Positions 59,859 to 64,000 of a DNA stretch of 64,000 bases are shown here, one piece after another. This stretch comes from Hormiphora californensis (lineage: Eukaryota; Animalia; Ctenophora): NCBI GenBank assembly GCA_020137815.1, contig CM035355.1, forward strand, positions 7,812,001-7,876,000, read 5' to 3'. The notes below the pieces were generated by a model. The model worked only from the letters and a program-made list of their open reading frames with translations, was not told where the DNA came from and searched no databases. Each line of letters starts with the position of its first letter. The first letter of the stretch is position 1. Made by a program: the position numbers and the translations under genes.

Positions 59859-60739
59859 ATGGCGGTTACAGCTGTTGTCGGTAGCTTGTAGCAGAGCACC
59901 TTACCCCACAGAGTACCACTTGCATGTTAAAGGCACACGCTGCGAATAACAGAAGTCAAAAACAGTTGTGAAAACAGTCATAGAAAAAGAGAGAGAAAAA
60001 GAGAGAGAGGGAGAGAATGGAAGAGAGATAAAAGGGAGAAAAGAGAGATAAAGAGCGAGAAAAAGAGAGAGAAAGAAAGAGAGAGAGAGAGAGAGAGAGA
60101 AGCCTTGTTTTCTGTAACTGTAGTGTAAAAATTGAATCATTTTGAAAACACATGTACACGTATAATAGCACATGTTTGGTCATTCACCCAGCACGGCTCC
60201 TTAGACAGCTCCTCCCTCCTGTGGTTGTGCATGTGACCTCGCCCTAAAACGGAGTGAGAGAGGGAGAGAGGGAAGAGATAGGGAGATTGGGAGGAGAGAG
60301 AAAAAGAGAGAGAACAACGTCCCACTGCACTCCTCCCAGCACATCTGTCAAGCACCCCCTGGTGCTCTCTCATATATAGTCGGTTTAAAAGCGTAACCAT
60401 GGTAACTGCAAAACTCAGGTAACTGATTGTGCCGAGTTGTTACCATGGTAGTAGAGCGATCCAGGTCTTGACAGGTACTGGGATCAGCTCAATTAGGGCC
60501 AATCAGTACAAGTATATACTGTTTGTTGCCACTCACTGACTAACAATTAGTGCTAATTGGCCATCCCTCTCTAAAGCTAGTCAGGATGGTTCGGTAATTA
60601 GGATTGGAATCTCTAAAACTATCCCATGTCTTGTGACGAGCTCCATAGCTGATTATATACGCATTTATGAGAACATTTTTGGTCAAACGTGCAATGAAAA
60701 AAAACATGACCATAATTGTTACCCCACCTCTTTGTAGCC

Positions 60740-63700
60740 ATGGTAACGCAAACTCAGGCACTAGTCGGTGGAAGTATGGCGGGGTTTATTGTTGATGTTA
60801 CCCTGTTTCCTATCGACACCATCAAGACAAGAATGCAGTCTAAAGAGGGACTCCGAGCGCTGGGGATGAAGGATTTACACAAGCTTAGGGGAGTGGGGTA
60901 AGTAATTCATTGCACTTAGAAGTTCCTAATACACACCTTGTCTATATTTATTGGGTACGAGGCACCCCTTTCTCCTGCACTCTCCTGCACTAATACAGAA
61001 TGTTGGACGCATCTCTAGGCATGTAAGATACCATGAACCGACCGAATCAGGAAATACTGGTCCCTGATTGGCTGATAACCAGTCACGTGACCTAAATAAC
61101 GAGTTCTGATTGGTTGTTTACTTGATTCGGTCGGTTCCTGTAAAATACCCTCTAGCAGCTGGGTACCGATGCCAACTTGGGTACCCCCAATATATCCCAT
61201 TGCACAGTTACCCCTTTCAGTTTTCACCCCTGAACATCTCATGATCTTGGTAACACTAATATTCCCCCAACAGTGCAGCAGCAGTAGGTAGCATGCCCAG
61301 CTCAGCGCTCTTCTTCCTCTCATACGAGGGAATCAAGTCCCTGGACCCGGGAGGTGGTGCTCGACAGCACATGCTCGCTTCTAGTGTCGGGGAAACAGCA
61401 GCCTGCCTGGTTAGAGTTCCCACTGAGGTGAGTCGACTTTGCAGGAACCGACCGAATCACGAAATACCGGTCCCTGATTGGCTGATAGCCAGTCACGTGA
61501 ACTAAATAACGAGTTCTGATTGGTTGTTTACTAGTGTCGGGGAAATAGCAGCCTGCCTTGTTAGAGTTCCCACTGAGGTGAGTCGACTTTGGTTTCTTGT
61601 TTTCTAGTATCAACAGTGAGGTGAGTCTTTTAAATCGACTCTCTCTGATCTATGATATAATGAGTCTCACTAGGTCTCTTAAATAGACTTCAGTTTCGTG
61701 TTTTCTAGTTTGGTTTGATTTGGTTTGCTCGTCTGGGACTGTAAACAGTACACACAGCCATTTCTTTCTACCGCGCGGCCCAAAAAAAACTAAGGGTACG
61801 TTGGCCTTCTTTTCTCACAGAAGTTTAATTTCGATCACTCTGATATTTTGTCACAATATTTGTATGGTTACTCATTCGAGGAATCCGGAGTTTCAAAACA
61901 TAAAAGTGTGAAGTTCATGAATGAACCCAATTTCTCGTTTTTCGGGTTTTTCCAAGTTTTCTCATGGTTAAATTCGATTTTATTCTTAAAAATAGCAACC
62001 ATGCATTAGAGTAAACAATAATAAATGGCAATCCGAGTTTTTATTAAAAATGAATCAAGTTTAGTTGGTGAAATAAATGATTAAAAAATGGTCATTTTTA
62101 CCAAACATCGATTTTAACCGATTTTGACAAGAAATTGGTAAATTCAGGCGCTAAAAATTCGTACGGCCATTACACTTGATCGATATTGATGTTAGCTAGA
62201 ATTTCGGCTCTCTATCTAAAAATTCATTTTTACGACTGGAATGAATCCTAAATGAACTTGAAAACAAAAAAGGTATTCCAAACCGGAATTTCACAGTCGC
62301 CTTCGGGTAACGATTTCCTTTCAAACGCGACTAATTTTAGCTCAATTGGACCACCACAAGAGACACAGTGGCCACTTTTCCGACACTAGGTCTGGCCAAG
62401 TGACCCCTATTGGACCGCTAGCGTCATTACTAAGTGCCAATAAGCAGGTTTAACGGTCGCGTATCACGTATCACATCTGCTAATTAGGACGGTATACCGA
62501 TACAGCGTCCGTTAGAATGTAAGTTCTCTTGCTAACACGTCATAATTTGATGGGGATCACATGACCCAACCTAGGCTAGGTAAACTGGTCACTGTGATTC
62601 TTGGGGTGATCCAATTAAGCTCAAACTGGTCGCGTTCGAAAGAAAATCGATAGCCAAACAAATTTGTAAAACTTTGGTACCAAAATATGATCCCGTTTTG
62701 GCGTTCATTAAATGTTCATTCGGGCGAAAAAAATGAATTTTCATCCAGAGGACTGAAACTCCGGATTCCTCGAATGAGTAACCATACAAATATTGTGACA
62801 AAATATCAGAGTGATTGAAATTAAATTTCTAGGAGAAAAGAAGGCCAACGTACCCTTAGTTTTTTTTGGGCCGCGCGGTATTTACGCTCTCGTATGATTG
62901 TGTACAACTATACTTTTGCCCCGCTATAAATTCAGGTGATTTAAGTCTTTACCCCCGTTGTTAATTCAGGTGATAAAGCAGAGGGTCCAGGCACGTCAGG
63001 AAAGAAGTTCGATGGCAGCACTCAGGGCAGCTCTCAGAAGTGGGGGTATTTCCTCTCTATATGTGGGCTTCGGGGCTACCATCATGCGTGAGGTTAGTTC
63101 ATTTAGGAGTTCATAAATCAGTTGTTTCTATCTCTCACCACCCTTGGATTCATATTTCTCCCACTCCCTGATTGGCTGATAACCAGTCACATGACCTAAA
63201 TAACGAGTTCTGATTGGTTGTTTACTTGTTTCGGTCGGTTCCTGTTATATATCTCCCACTCTCTCCTAGATTCCGTTCGCGGCTATACAGTATCCTATAT
63301 GGGAGTTGCTGAAAACTCGTTATGCGGCTAGTGGCAGTGGTGTGGCTGCTGGGGCCTGTGGAAGTGTTGCAGGGGCCATAGCAGGTCAGGAACTAGCTAC
63401 TAGCACTCTTGGTATTTGGTGCCAGAGCACTGTGCTACAATTATTATATTGCTACAATTATTATATTGCTAAAATTATCATATTGCTAACGCAGTTATTG
63501 TGGTTAAATCGGTGATAATGTAAAGTCGGAGAGATCTGATAACAACACACTCCTCCCTCTGTAGGTGCCATTACAACCCCCATTGACGTTGTGAAAACAA
63601 GGCTGATGTTATCTAAAGAGCGACAATCCCTGGTAACCATAGTAACGGAACTCTCAGCGGAGGGGGGCTGGAGGGGATTCTTCCGGGGAATCGGACCCCG

Positions 63701-63785
63701 GGTGGGCTGGCTATCTATCGGGGGTTTTGTGTACCTTGGCTCCTATCAGACTGTTGTTGGTATTGTGTCGAGACACTTGCAGTAG
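60740..63785 (+). CDS. SLC25A26: Mitochondrial S-adenosylmethionine carrier; exons 60740-60897, 61274-61427, 62970-63092, 63270-63384, 63565-63785
   Basis: Three carrier repeats: [40 protein letters not shown]; also [14 protein letters not shown] and [11 protein letters not shown]. Confidence 0.93.
61032..61140. mobile_element. Family A MITE in SLC25A26 intron 1
   Basis: TIRs; TSD taa(g/a)atac. Confidence 0.9.
61442..61532. mobile_element. Family A MITE (truncated) between two copies of an exon-end/donor duplication
   Basis: Match to family A; flanked by 60-bp direct repeats 61381-61440 and 61531-61590. Confidence 0.85.
61771..62878. mobile_element. Non-autonomous TA-flanked DNA transposon with ~125-bp TIRs (Tc1/mariner superfamily-like)
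   Basis: ta|ccgcgcggcccaaaaaaaactaagggtacgttggcc ... ggccaacgtacccttagttttttttgggccgcgcgg|ta. Confidence 0.9.
63165..63244. mobile_element. Family A MITE (truncated) just upstream of an SLC25A26 acceptor
   Basis: tccctgattggctgataaccagtcac...ttcggtcggttcctg. Confidence 0.85.
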
Positions 63786-64000
63786 AGGGGACGTGTTTTT
63801 AACTAAGTTATTATTTTTGTAGGTCTGTGATATTAGGTTCCTTTTTAACTTTTATAGGTACACTGTGGTTTTGTTTCAATGTTTACACTGTTTGTAATTA
63901 ACCAGTAACCACTCTCTTTAACCACTGCCTTTAACCATTCCCCTATTTCTAGCACCATGAGAAACATAGCACCTCAACACGAAGCCCTTGTGGATTACTT

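Overview
Repeat-rich animal genomic DNA with spliced genes, most likely a cydippid ctenophore. This is an inference: I recall the dispersed ~109-bp MITE that translates as [28 protein letters not shown] from Pleurobrachia gene models. Genes reconstructed by hand with phase-consistent splice sites: the 3' end of an iRhom-like rhomboid that keeps the catalytic GASG...H dyad, a small basic orphan gene, a secreted 8-Cys GPI-type protein, a group II PAK kinase (10 coding exons), an adjacent kinase-less CRIB protein, PSAT1 (first exon only), TRAPPC2 (with a GC-AG intron), an F-type-lectin-like protein, a divergent CDC20 and SLC25A26. Mobile DNA includes an intact CRE-clade non-LTR retroelement (SAP-RT-ZnK-RLE) head-to-head with TRAPPC2 and preceded by two spliced-leader-like TTAATTTGAG motifs, an ORF1-only LINE, a 6.3-kb nested piggyBac-type foldback element, many MITEs, and an array of Crypton-like elements whose three-armed hairpin is kept by compensatory changes. 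About 19.0-21.5 kb is low-quality consensus. All calls are by eye; no searches were run.
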